Source: Vicinamibacteria bacterium (GTDB lineage: Bacteria; Acidobacteriota; Vicinamibacteria; Vicinamibacterales; JAENWD01). From it: a stretch of 64,000 nucleotides of DNA. The DNA lies in assembly GCA_963800785.1 (NCBI GenBank), contig CAWDCH010000019.1, positions 4,790 through 68,789 on the forward strand, given 5' to 3'. Below the pieces are notes generated by a model, which saw only the letters and a program-made list of their open reading frames with translations, was not told the origin of the DNA and ran no database searches. Positions within the stretch are counted from its first letter, which is position 1, and each line of letters opens with the position of its first letter. Position numbers and translations under genes: made by a program. Positions 54,725-63,629 of this stretch are shown piece by piece.

Positions 54725-56649
54725 TCAGCCGTGGGCGGCGAGGTGCCCGCACGTCTCGTCCTCGAAGTTGATCTCCTTGTGCAGACACATGCCGGTCAGT
54801 GAAGCGGTTGTAGGCCAGATCAAGCGGCAGAGGTCGAAAAGCAATCTTTGTCTGCCATCAAGCTCATCCGGGCCGAATTTCTCCAGTGCCTGAAACGTGA
54901 GCTTGTTTGCGGAAATAAATGCGGCGAGATCCAGCTTGCTCTTGTAGGTATCCTCTAAGAGCGTCTGGTTCCACAGCAGTGTGTTCGCATAGGACTTCTG
55001 CTTCTGACTGAACGGTTCGTTCCCGCTGGAGATATTGTCCTTCCCCTTCAGCAGGAGCACGCCCCCAAGCCGGTTCCGCTCCTGCTCGAAGCGTTCTTCG
55101 TCGTTGTCAAACAGGCCAAGATTTTCGGCGTTCCGCGAGAGGATGTGCTCGATGTGAAAGCCGTTCACGCTGCCCCTGAGCGTTACCAGGTCCTTGAGCG
55201 ACTGCGTTGGCTGCTTCATTCCCTTGCTGAGCAGTGACTCCACGCGCGCAAACAAGTACCGTACGAAACGAGTATTCAGTCGGTCAATCGACATGGGCTT
55301 GAAGAGCGCCCAGTTCCATGCATCGAGGTCAGGCGTGCCTCGCCGCTCTATAAGCTCCGCTATCAAGTGCCTGTTGAAGATCGCGGGGATCTCCGCGGCC
55401 GGTCGGTCACGAATATCCTTGCTGATCTCGAACAGCCGCGAAGTGTACTCGTTGGAGTCATACGCGCCTTGAAGCTGCAACAGGGAGAACATTCGATCAA
55501 CGCCCGACGCGACCGCTTGCACCTTGGCGGACTCCTCGGGATCGTCCACTTTGCAAGCGGCGAGCACCAGCATGAACTGGTTGTCCTGCTCGTTGAGACT
55601 GTTGCAGTAAACGGCCATGGACTCGACTGACTCTTTTTTGGTCGCCGCAGACAGTCGAGCGTAAAGGCCAGTGAAATAGCGAAACGTGCCGTTCAGAAAC
55701 GCTTTCGCCCCGACGGCGTTGTGGTCAAGCTTCAGGTGAGCGTCGAGATCCACCTTGAACATCTCGCGGTGATAAGCGCCATCAAATCTCTGGCCATCCT
55801 TGCGACTGTCAGCGAACTTCGCCTTCAGCCAGTACCTGAAAAAGCTGTCGATTTCGTCTTCGCGGAAGTCATTCACCGCTTGTACGCGTTCCTCCCACAG
55901 CGCGTTGAACTTTCCGCTTTCCAGCTCGATCTTGTCGATTTGTCCGAGCAGCTTCCCCTTGAGGATCTCATAGGGTTTGAGCCGAACGCCGCGGTCGTTG
56001 ATGACCTCAAATACCATCGGTACGTGGGTCGTCTCGACCGACAGGTTGATCAGCACTAGTCGAAAGAGGAAGTAGTGAACAAACGTCTCAACCTTGTGCT
56101 TCGTCGTCAAATTCGCATCGAGATAGCCGCTGATAGCCTGATAGTTGCCGACCATGTTCACAGCGGTCACGCCGGTCGTCGTGTCGATGCTGCCTAAAGC
56201 CTGACCTTCCATCAATGCTTTGAGTACGTGTAGGTAACGCACGTGGTTCATCCAGAACACTTGCTCGGTTCCGGAGTACCCGAGATCTTTCGGTCGATCC
56301 AGTTGGCAGTCTTCGACTCATGTGTCCGAGCCATAGCCAGCAACTTGAGAAGGATCAACGTCAGCGTGGTCAGCCGCTGCTGCCCGTCCACGACGAACAC
56401 GCGTCCACCCACAGGGTTCGTGACGTACGTGTTCAGGTAGTACCACGGGTACCGGGCGTTGATGTTCTCGCGGTTCGGCTCAAGCGAGGCATGTGTCGCG
56501 TAGGCTTCGTCGAACTGGTAGAAGACATCCTCCAGTAGACGTTTCACCGGTTCAGCGGTCCATTTGTAGTCCCGTTGATAGAAGTCAATCTCGTAGACCG
56601 TTGTGGAGAAGGTCTGATCGAGGTTCTGCTTGTCGGGCTGGATGTCCAT
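54725..56649 (-). pseudogene. GmrSD-family type IV restriction enzyme (DUF262 + DUF1524), one frameshift
   Basis: N-terminal ORF 56248..56649: YEIDFYQRDYKWTAEPVKRLLEDV, VVDGQQRLTTLTLIL (DUF262). ORF 54725..56260: VFEVINDRGVRLKPYEILK and FHIEHILSRNAENLG...LGGVLLLKGKDNISSGN (DUF1524 His-Me finger). The join is near 56270-56280 (ISG / YSGTEQVFWMNH). Confidence 0.8.
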
Positions 56650-57395
56650 GTCAGACTCACTGAAAGTGGGTGACGTCCGTAGCGGGGCGCGCCCGGGCCG
56701 TCATTTCGAACCCGGATCTCGATGACGGCGATCGAGGGCACTGTCCAACGCCGCTACCCGGCGCTTGCTCATGATCGATCCGCTCTGAGCAGGCTCGCGA
56801 CCCCTCCCGGCTGAGCGGCCTGTTCGAGTGACTCTGGCGGCTCTCGCATTGCAACATCCTTTCACTTCGGATGCAGACGTGCCTGGACCGACTTCCTCGA
56901 GTAGCAGTCCGCGCGGTGCAGAGTGTTTCTGGGAGGTAAAGCGGATGAATCGGCAGCGTTCCCCGATTGCCGAATCACAATATCAGTGGCCGAACCAAGC
57001 TGTCGTTGCGCGATCGCAATCACCGCTAGCGCGTTTAGGTCACTTGCCGCCGTTTTGATCTGCGACGTGGGCGGACCGACCCTGGCCTCTGGATTGGGGG
57101 CTAAACTCAGCAGCAGTGCTTCCGATAGGCGTCGTGAAGTCCTGTGAAAATCGAGTTGTTGACAGATGGCTCATTGCTCGCGCGCAACGACAGCCACAAT
57201 CACGCTTCGGTAGAATTCCGTCGTCGTAAGCGAGTCGGCTGGCGAGTTGCTGGCTACCGCCACGATCGAGCACCACCCCCAGTCAATTGCAAGGCTGAGA
57301 GACGCAACGCCTGGTGGCCTCGCCGCCTGCCAGGGTGTGTGCGGATTGGAGAGTTGTTGTTGAGTCGATCCGTCGTTCACACGGAAGCGACGTCA

Positions 57396-57935
57396 GTGCC
57401 AGATGGCGCAGCGATCATCGACCACCTCGCGCATGGGCCGCTCCATCGGTTTGCCGACTGGCCGAACGCCAACGTGCCGAGGGTGGCTATCGGGCTCTAC
57501 TCAGTGTGGAGAGACGAAGAGTTCATCTACATCGGCATGGCGGGCAGAGCGAGTGAGGCCGTGCTCCACAGCGCACACGAGGCGGGAAGAGCCTGTGGCC
57601 TTCGCGACCGATTGCGAAGCCATGCCACGGGGCGACGGAGCGGCGACCAGTTCTGCATCTACGTCGCAGATCGTCTGGTCCTGCCCGAACTCAACTCGGA
57701 CCAGATCAGTGCCGTTGCGTCAGGCCGTCTCTCCCTCGACGCGCTCGTGTGCGACTACATCCAGCAACATCTCGGCTACCGCTTCTATGCCTTTCCGGCG
57801 CTTTCCGTGACGGAGCAACAGGCGATGCGGCGGCTGGAGCGCCACATCCAGCAGGGCGAAAGCCCCATCGGACGACCGCTCCTGAACCCGCTTCCACTGC
57901 CAGGATCGCCACCGCCGCCCGTGGGATTGCTGTGA
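57396..57935 (+). CDS. GIY-YIG-like nuclease domain protein
   Basis: VAIGLYSVWRDEEFIYIGMAGRAS...GLRDRLRSHATGRRSGDQFCIYV... The ORF opens at GTG 57144. I favour in-frame GTG 57396 because the domain starts just after it. Confidence 0.5.
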   Translation: MPDGAAIIDHLAHGPLHRFADWPNANVPRVAIGLYSVWRDEEFIYIGMAGRASEAVLHSAHEAGRACGLRDRLRSHATGRRSGDQFCIYVADRLVLPELNSDQISAVASGRLSLDALVCDYIQQHLGYRFYAFPALSVTEQQAMRRLERHIQQGESPIGRPLLNPLPLPGSPPPPVGLL

Positions 57936-58200
57936 CCGCAGTCGCTCCGGATACGACTCGAAGACTGAGCTTGCGAGGCATGATAGCCACTCCCAATGCT
58001 GAATACTGACCGCCAGCGCCTGGTCGAACAGGCCCTGCGCGTGCTTGCCCTGCTGGCCCTTGCGGTCATCCCCGCGCTCCTTCTTGAAGATAGTCCGCAT
58101 CGCGGGTCATTCAGGCCGTGGCTCGCGGTGTGAACTGGTTCGTATGGTTGGCGTTGCTTCGCTCGCCCAGGGCAAGACGAGTAAACAAGTCGGCGGGCCG

Positions 58201-58320
58201 CTAGAGTCGGCAGTACGATGCAGCGACGGCCGACCTGTCAGAGGTGCTGCTAAACGTGATGCGCTCATCGATACTGTCAATCGTAAGTGCCTGCGAAAAT
58301 TTTTCTGCTCCAAGATTTTC
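58201..58320 (+). repeat. IS3-like orfA-5' relic, copy F
   Basis: CTAGAGTCGGCAGTACGATGCAGCGACGGCCGACCTGTCAGAGGTGCTGCTAAACGTGATGCGCTCATCGATACTGTCAATCGTAAGTGCCTGCGAAAATTTTTCTGCTCCAAGATTTTC. Confidence 0.65.
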
Positions 58321-58438
58321 TCTGGCGTGCAGTCAGCCTAGCCGGAAGTCGGAGGACAACGCCCGTCCGGCATGCAGCTCGCTGAAAAGTGCTCAGCACT
58401 CATCATCGCAACGTCGCCGCGCCAGAGAGGTGCAAGCC

Positions 58439-58993
58439 ATGAGTTCAATTAAGGTCACTGTGCCTGGAGCCACGCTGCTAAAACGATTGTCGAAGTTGTG
58501 GCAACGCAGTTGCGCCACGCGCACAGTGACACGCCGTGTTAGGGCCGTCGCTGTGCTAGCTGCGGCCGCACTTCCACTATTAGGAACGCTAAGCGCGCAA
58601 ACTCACACTCGGCGGCTGGAAACGCCTAGTCGCCGATTGATAGGACACTGGGTAATCACAGATGTGGCGTACGAGTTTAGTTCTGGGGACGTGCCTGTAT
58701 CAAACCCCCACAGCACGGAATGGTACATAGGGCCACGGCCACAACGCGTTACGGATCTAGGCTCAATTACGATTCTGATTGACGGCGCAGTTTCGCAAGT
58801 GCGATACCAGGTCCTTGAAGAAGAGCCTAACGGTGAGCGAGTCCTTATCGACCGCGTGCAACTAGATGGGAGGCGGCAGCGATACGCATTCTGGCTCGCT
58901 AAGGATGGCCAGTCATTGATTCTCCGAGATCCGATCGGTATCCGGCGTGAGGGTCGGTATCTAGACAGTCGGACGCGCCCAGCGAGCAATTGA
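58439..58993 (+). CDS. secreted hypothetical protein
   Basis: ATG 58439 follows AGAGAGG. Hydrophobic leader AVAVLAAAALPLLGTLSAQ. No domain recognised. Confidence 0.5.
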   Translation: MSSIKVTVPGATLLKRLSKLWQRSCATRTVTRRVRAVAVLAAAALPLLGTLSAQTHTRRLETPSRRLIGHWVITDVAYEFSSGDVPVSNPHSTEWYIGPRPQRVTDLGSITILIDGAVSQVRYQVLEEEPNGERVLIDRVQLDGRRQRYAFWLAKDGQSLILRDPIGIRREGRYLDSRTRPASN

Positions 58994-59223
58994 CGCAAGA
59001 GTACGGAACGGACGGATCTCTGGGTGCTACAGTCACCGGGAGAAGTGCATCTCCGCCGCCCTCAGGATGATGCTTTCGAGTGATCGGCAACGAACTTTCG
59101 CGGGCCGCCGCTTCATAGCCCTCAGCGGTGTAGCGCGCGTGGCGACCCAAACGTTGAGATTCATCGCGACCTCGGCTTTGAGCCGACCGACACCGGCGGC
59201 ACCCGTCCACGCCGATCAATTCC

Positions 59224-62199
59224 ATGCGGTGTCTTCTGGTACCTTACCGACGTGCTCGACTTTACCGTAGACTCGCCACGACGGTGACCCGCCACGAGAC
59301 CCCTGAGAAGGCCGCGCGCCGGAAGATTGATGCCGCCCTAGAGGCTGCCGGGTGGAAGGTGCAGAGCCGCGACGCGCTCAACCTTCACGCTGGCCGGGGT
59401 GTCGCCGTGCGCGAGTTCAAGCTCCTCGCCGGTCACGGCTATGCCGACTACCTGTTGTACGTGGAACAGCGGGCCGTGGGCGTGATCGAGGCGAAGAAGG
59501 AGGGCGAGACGCTCACAGGCGTCGAGGTGCAGGCCGAGAAGTACGCGACCGGAATGCCCGAGTCTTTGCCTGCCCCCTACCGACCGTTGCCGTATCTCTA
59601 CCAGTCCACGGGCGTCGAGACACGCTTCACAAACCGCTTCGACCCTGATCACAGGAGCCGCCGCGTCTTCGTCTTCCACAAGCCCGAGACGCTCGCCGAC
59701 TGGCTCAAGGCCGACCCGCTATGGCTACCCGTCGTGGACGGCAGGCCGGACCCCGCGAGCAATATCCCTTCGACATTGCGGCGTCGCCTGCGGGCGCTAC
59801 CCACGCTTGATGAGCGCGCTCTCTGGCCCGCCCAGGCCACGGCAGTCCGCAATCTCGAAGTATCCCTTGCTCAGGATCGACCGCGGGCGCTCATCCAGAT
59901 GGCAACTGGGAGCGGCAAGACCTTCACGGCAGTCACTGCCACCTACCGCATGGTGAAGTTCGGCGCTGCCGCGCGCGTGCTCTTCCTCGTGGACCGCGCC
60001 AACCTGGGACGACAGGCACTGAAAGAGTTCCAGCAGTACGCCACCCCCGACGACGGACGGAAGTTCACTGAGCTGTACAACGTCCAGCTCCTCACGTCGA
60101 ACCGCGTGGACCCGGTGGCGAAGGTGGTCATTACCACCATCCAACGGCTCTACTCGATGCTGAAGGGGGAAGCGGACCTCGACCCCGAGGTGGAGGAGCA
60201 GTCCCAGTTCACCAGCCCGGCTGCCCTCATCAAGGATCCGCTGCCGGTCGCCTATAACCCGACCCTCCCGCCCGAGCTGTTCGATGTCGTGTTCATCGAC
60301 GAGTGCCACCGCTCGATTTACTCTCTGTGGCGGCAGGTCTTGGAGTACTTCGACGCGCACCTCATCGGGCTCACCGCGACTCCGGCTCGCCAGACGTTCG
60401 GGTTCTTCAACCAGAATCTGGTGATGGAGTACGGCCACCGACAGGCCGTGGCTGATGGCGTGAACGTGGACTTCGATGTGTACCGGATCCGCACGAAGGT
60501 GACCCAGCTGGGTGCCACCGTCGAAACCGAGGAGGTCGAAACCATCGGCAAGCGCGACCGCCTCACGCGACGGCTCCGCTGGGAGCGGCTGGACGAGGAC
60601 CTCGCCTACGAAGGTGCGGACCTTGATCGGAGCGTCGTCGCGCCCGACCAGATTCGCACGGTCATTCGCACGTTCCGAGACAAACTCCCGACCGACATCA
60701 TGCCGGGCCGGACCTGGGTGCCGAAGACGCTGATCTACGCGAAGGACGACTCGCACGCCGACGACATCGTGCAGGTTGTGCGCGAGGAGTTCGGGAAGGG
60801 CAACGACTTCTGCGAGAAGATCACCTACCGCACCGGCACCGCCCGCGTCGTCGAGACGGTCGTCCAGGCCGACGGCACCGAGAAGAAGGTCGTGCGGTAC
60901 GTCTCGGGCAGTAGCCTGAAACCCGAGGTGCTGCTGAGCGCCTTCCGCAACTCCCCGATGCCCCGCATCGTCGTCACCGTGGACATGATCGCCACCGGCA
61001 CCGACATCAAGCCCCTCGAAATCGTGATGTTCATGCGGTCAGTCAAGAGCCGCAACTTCTTCGAGCAGATGAAGGGCCGTGGGGTCCGCGTCATCGGCCC
61101 CACTGACATCCAAGCTGTGACGCCGGATGCTGTGGCGAAGGACCACTTCGTTATCGTCGATGCGGTGGGCGTGACCGAGCAGGAGCTGTCCGAGACGTTC
61201 CCGCTGGACCGGAAGCGCACCATCCCATTCGGCACCCTGCTGGAGCAGGTCGCGCTCGGCTCGACCGACGAGGATGTCCTGTCCGCCATCGCGGGCCGAC
61301 TCGCCCGAATGGACCGCGCCATTGGCGAGCCCGAGCGCGCGCTCATCAAGGACGCCTCCGGTGGGCTCGCCCTGCGCGACCTCACGGACGGCCTCGTGGA
61401 CGCCCTCGACCCCGACCGTCACGTCGAACGAGCGCGGCGGGAGCATGCCCTGCCTCCCGACGTCGAGCCGACCGACGCTCAAGTCGCGGACGCAGCGAAG
61501 GCGATGGTCGCCGAAGCCGTCAGGCCGCTCGCCAGCAGTCCGCAGTTACGTCAACGCCTTGTAGACCTGAAGAAGAGCCTGGAGCAGGTCATCGACGACA
61601 CGACGAAGGACGAACTCCTCGAAGCCGGGTACTCGGCCGAGGCGACCGAGCGGGCGCGGAACATCGTCGAGTCGTGGGAGCAGTTCATCGCGGCGCACAA
61701 GGACCAGATCACCGCGTTCCAGATTCTCTACAGTCAGCCGCACGGGCGCGTGCAGTTCCAGGACATCAAGGTGCTCGCCGATCTGATCAAGGCCCCGCCC
61801 CGGTCGTGGACGCCGGAGCTGCTCTGGAGCGCCTACGAGAAGCTCCAGCGCGACAAGGTCCGGGGGGCCGGGGGCAACCGTCTCCTCACCGACATCGTGT
61901 CCCTGGTGCGCTTCGCGCTGCGTCAGGCGGACGTGCTCGTGCCCTACCACGAGCAAGTCGAGCAACGGTTCGCTCAGTGGCTCGCGCAGCAGGTGACAGC
62001 GGGGGTCGTCTTCACGGCCGAGCAGCTCCAGTGGCTCGAATTGATCCGCGACCACGTCGCGGCGAGCATGGGCATCGACATCGACGACTTCGACCTGGTG
62101 CCGTTCGCGCAGAAGGGTGGCGCTGGGAAAGCGTACGCCGTGTTCGGTGAGCGGCTGCGCGCGCTGTTGAACGAGCTAAATGAGGTATTGGCGGCGTGA
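59224..62199 (+). CDS. hsdR: type I restriction enzyme R subunit (EcoEI-like, with EcoEI_R_C-type C-terminal domain)
   Basis: N-terminal nuclease region RRKIDAALEAAGWKV...GYADYLLYVEQRAVGVIEAKKE. Helicase motifs QMATGSGKTFTAV, DECHRS, LTATP and the TGTDIKPLE region. The C-terminus AFQILYSQPHGRVQFQDIKVLADLI is as in EcoEI-type HsdR. The alternative start is GTG 59284. Confidence 0.9.
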   Translation: MRCLLVPYRRARLYRRLATTVTRHETPEKAARRKIDAALEAAGWKVQSRDALNLHAGRGVAVREFKLLAGHGYADYLLYVEQRAVGVIEAKKEGETLTGVEVQAEKYATGMPESLPAPYRPLPYLYQSTGVETRFTNRFDPDHRSRRVFVFHKPETLADWLKADPLWLPVVDGRPDPASNIPSTLRRRLRALPTLDERALWPAQATAVRNLEVSLAQDRPRALIQMATGSGKTFTAVTATYRMVKFGAAARVLFLVDRANLGRQALKEFQQYATPDDGRKFTELYNVQLLTSNRVDPVAKVVITTIQRLYSMLKGEADLDPEVEEQSQFTSPAALIKDPLPVAYNPTLPPELFDVVFIDECHRSIYSLWRQVLEYFDAHLIGLTATPARQTFGFFNQNLVMEYGHRQAVADGVNVDFDVYRIRTKVTQLGATVETEEVETIGKRDRLTRRLRWERLDEDLAYEGADLDRSVVAPDQIRTVIRTFRDKLPTDIMPGRTWVPKTLIYAKDDSHADDIVQVVREEFGKGNDFCEKITYRTGTARVVETVVQADGTEKKVVRYVSGSSLKPEVLLSAFRNSPMPRIVVTVDMIATGTDIKPLEIVMFMRSVKSRNFFEQMKGRGVRVIGPTDIQAVTPDAVAKDHFVIVDAVGVTEQELSETFPLDRKRTIPFGTLLEQVALGSTDEDVLSAIAGRLARMDRAIGEPERALIKDASGGLALRDLTDGLVDALDPDRHVERARREHALPPDVEPTDAQVADAAKAMVAEAVRPLASSPQLRQRLVDLKKSLEQVIDDTTKDELLEAGYSAEATERARNIVESWEQFIAAHKDQITAFQILYSQPHGRVQFQDIKVLADLIKAPPRSWTPELLWSAYEKLQRDKVRGAGGNRLLTDIVSLVRFALRQADVLVPYHEQVEQRFAQWLAQQVTAGVVFTAEQLQWLELIRDHVAASMGIDIDDFDLVPFAQKGGAGKAYAVFGERLRALLNELNEVLAA

Positions 62200-63629
62200 G
62201 TACCCAACAGGACGCTCTTCCCGCCGGGTGGCAGTGGAGGGCTTTGGGTGAGTTGGCGGCGGACGAAGAAGGAGCCATGACCGATGGCCCCTTCGGGTCT
62301 AATCTCAAGACGGAGCATTACACCACCGTCGGGCCCAGGGTAGTCCGTCTCCAGAACATCGGCGACGGCATCTACAACGAGAGCGACGCGCATATCTCGA
62401 ACGCCCACTACGACCGACTCCGCAGGCACGCGGTGAACGACGGCGACGTGGTCATCGCACTTCTTGGCGAGAGCGTGCCTCGTGCGTGCATAGTGCCGCC
62501 GCACGTGGTGCCTGCCATCGTCAAGGCCGACTGCATCAAGTTCAGGCCAAACACGGACCTTGTGTCCTCTCGCTACGTCGCTCACGCCCTCAATACAAGG
62601 TCGGTGCGACAAAGAGCAGTGATACACGGCGTGGGTCGGCCCAGACTGAACTTGCGGGAGCTGCGGCACCTTCCAATCCCGCTGGCACCGAGGCCGGAGC
62701 AGGACGCTATCGTCGCCGAGATCGAGAAGCACTTCACGCGCCTCGACGCCGCTGTCGGCAGCCTGAAGGCTGTGCTGGCCAAGCTCAGGTCTTACAAAGC
62801 GGCAGTGATGAAAGCGGCGGTGGAAGGTCACCTCGTGCAGCGCGAGATTGACTGCGCCGCTCGCGAAGGGCGCGCGTACGAATCGGCGAGTGAACTGCTA
62901 AGGCTAACGCCGCCGCCACAGCGACCGAACCGCTGGGCCAGCCGGAGCACGGACGTAATCCCTGGGCACCCGGCCCTCGCGGTGGGTAAACAGACGACGC
63001 CGCTCCCCGAGGGTTGGATTTGGGCGCAACTCGTCAATGTCGCGCGAATGGAAAGCGGCCACACTCCGAGCCGCGAACACCCGGAGTGGTGGGACGGGGA
63101 CATCCCATGGATCGGCATCCGAGATGCCCGCGATCACGATGGCAGCGTCATCCACGAGACGGCGCAGGCGACAAATCAGCAAGGGCTAGATAACTCAGCC
63201 GCTCGTCTACTGCCGTCGGGCACCGTGTGCGTGAGCCGCACCGCCTCGGTCGGGTACGTTGTCGTGATGGGCCGGTCGATGGCAACCAGCCAAGATTTCG
63301 TCAACTGGATCCCTACACCAGCGGTCACGTCCGACTGGTTGCGCCTCGTGTTCTCGGCCGACCGGGAGGCGCTGCGGCGGTTCGGTAAAGGCTCGGTGCA
63401 CAAGACGATCTATTTTCCTGAGTGGTTGTCCATGCACATCGCGGTGCCGCCGCTCGCAGAGCAGGAGCGGATCACGACAGAGGTCGATAGGCTGCTCAGC
63501 GGTACGGCGAAGGTGTTGGAGAGCATCGAAGAAAACCTGCTCCGTGCGAAGGCTCTGCAGCAGGTCATATTGCGAGCGGCGTTCGATGGGGAGTTAGTGA
63601 AACCTGAGGCTGTGGAGGAACTGGTCTGA
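62196..63629 (+). CDS. hsdS: type I restriction-modification specificity subunit
   Basis: Two target-recognition halves, each followed by the conserved helix (PLAPRPEQDAIVAEIEKHFTRLDAAVGSLK; VPPLAEQERITTEVDRLLSGTAKVLESIEENL). Overlaps the hsdR stop. Confidence 0.9.
   Translation: MSTQQDALPAGWQWRALGELAADEEGAMTDGPFGSNLKTEHYTTVGPRVVRLQNIGDGIYNESDAHISNAHYDRLRRHAVNDGDVVIALLGESVPRACIVPPHVVPAIVKADCIKFRPNTDLVSSRYVAHALNTRSVRQRAVIHGVGRPRLNLRELRHLPIPLAPRPEQDAIVAEIEKHFTRLDAAVGSLKAVLAKLRSYKAAVMKAAVEGHLVQREIDCAAREGRAYESASELLRLTPPPQRPNRWASRSTDVIPGHPALAVGKQTTPLPEGWIWAQLVNVARMESGHTPSREHPEWWDGDIPWIGIRDARDHDGSVIHETAQATNQQGLDNSAARLLPSGTVCVSRTASVGYVVVMGRSMATSQDFVNWIPTPAVTSDWLRLVFSADREALRRFGKGSVHKTIYFPEWLSMHIAVPPLAEQERITTEVDRLLSGTAKVLESIEENLLRAKALQQVILRAAFDGELVKPEAVEELV

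Noticed and set aside
34249-58320. Reading the six direct repeats as integron attC sites or a cassette array
   Set aside because: Two copies retain an IS3-type terminal repeat and the OrfA start codon, so they are IS-derived. No IntI-type integrase, attI or attC-like imperfect palindrome structure is present.
59797-62831. Minus-strand ORFs of 319, 186, 169 and 285 aa
   Set aside because: They are antisense to hsdR and hsdS, whose motifs are unambiguous.
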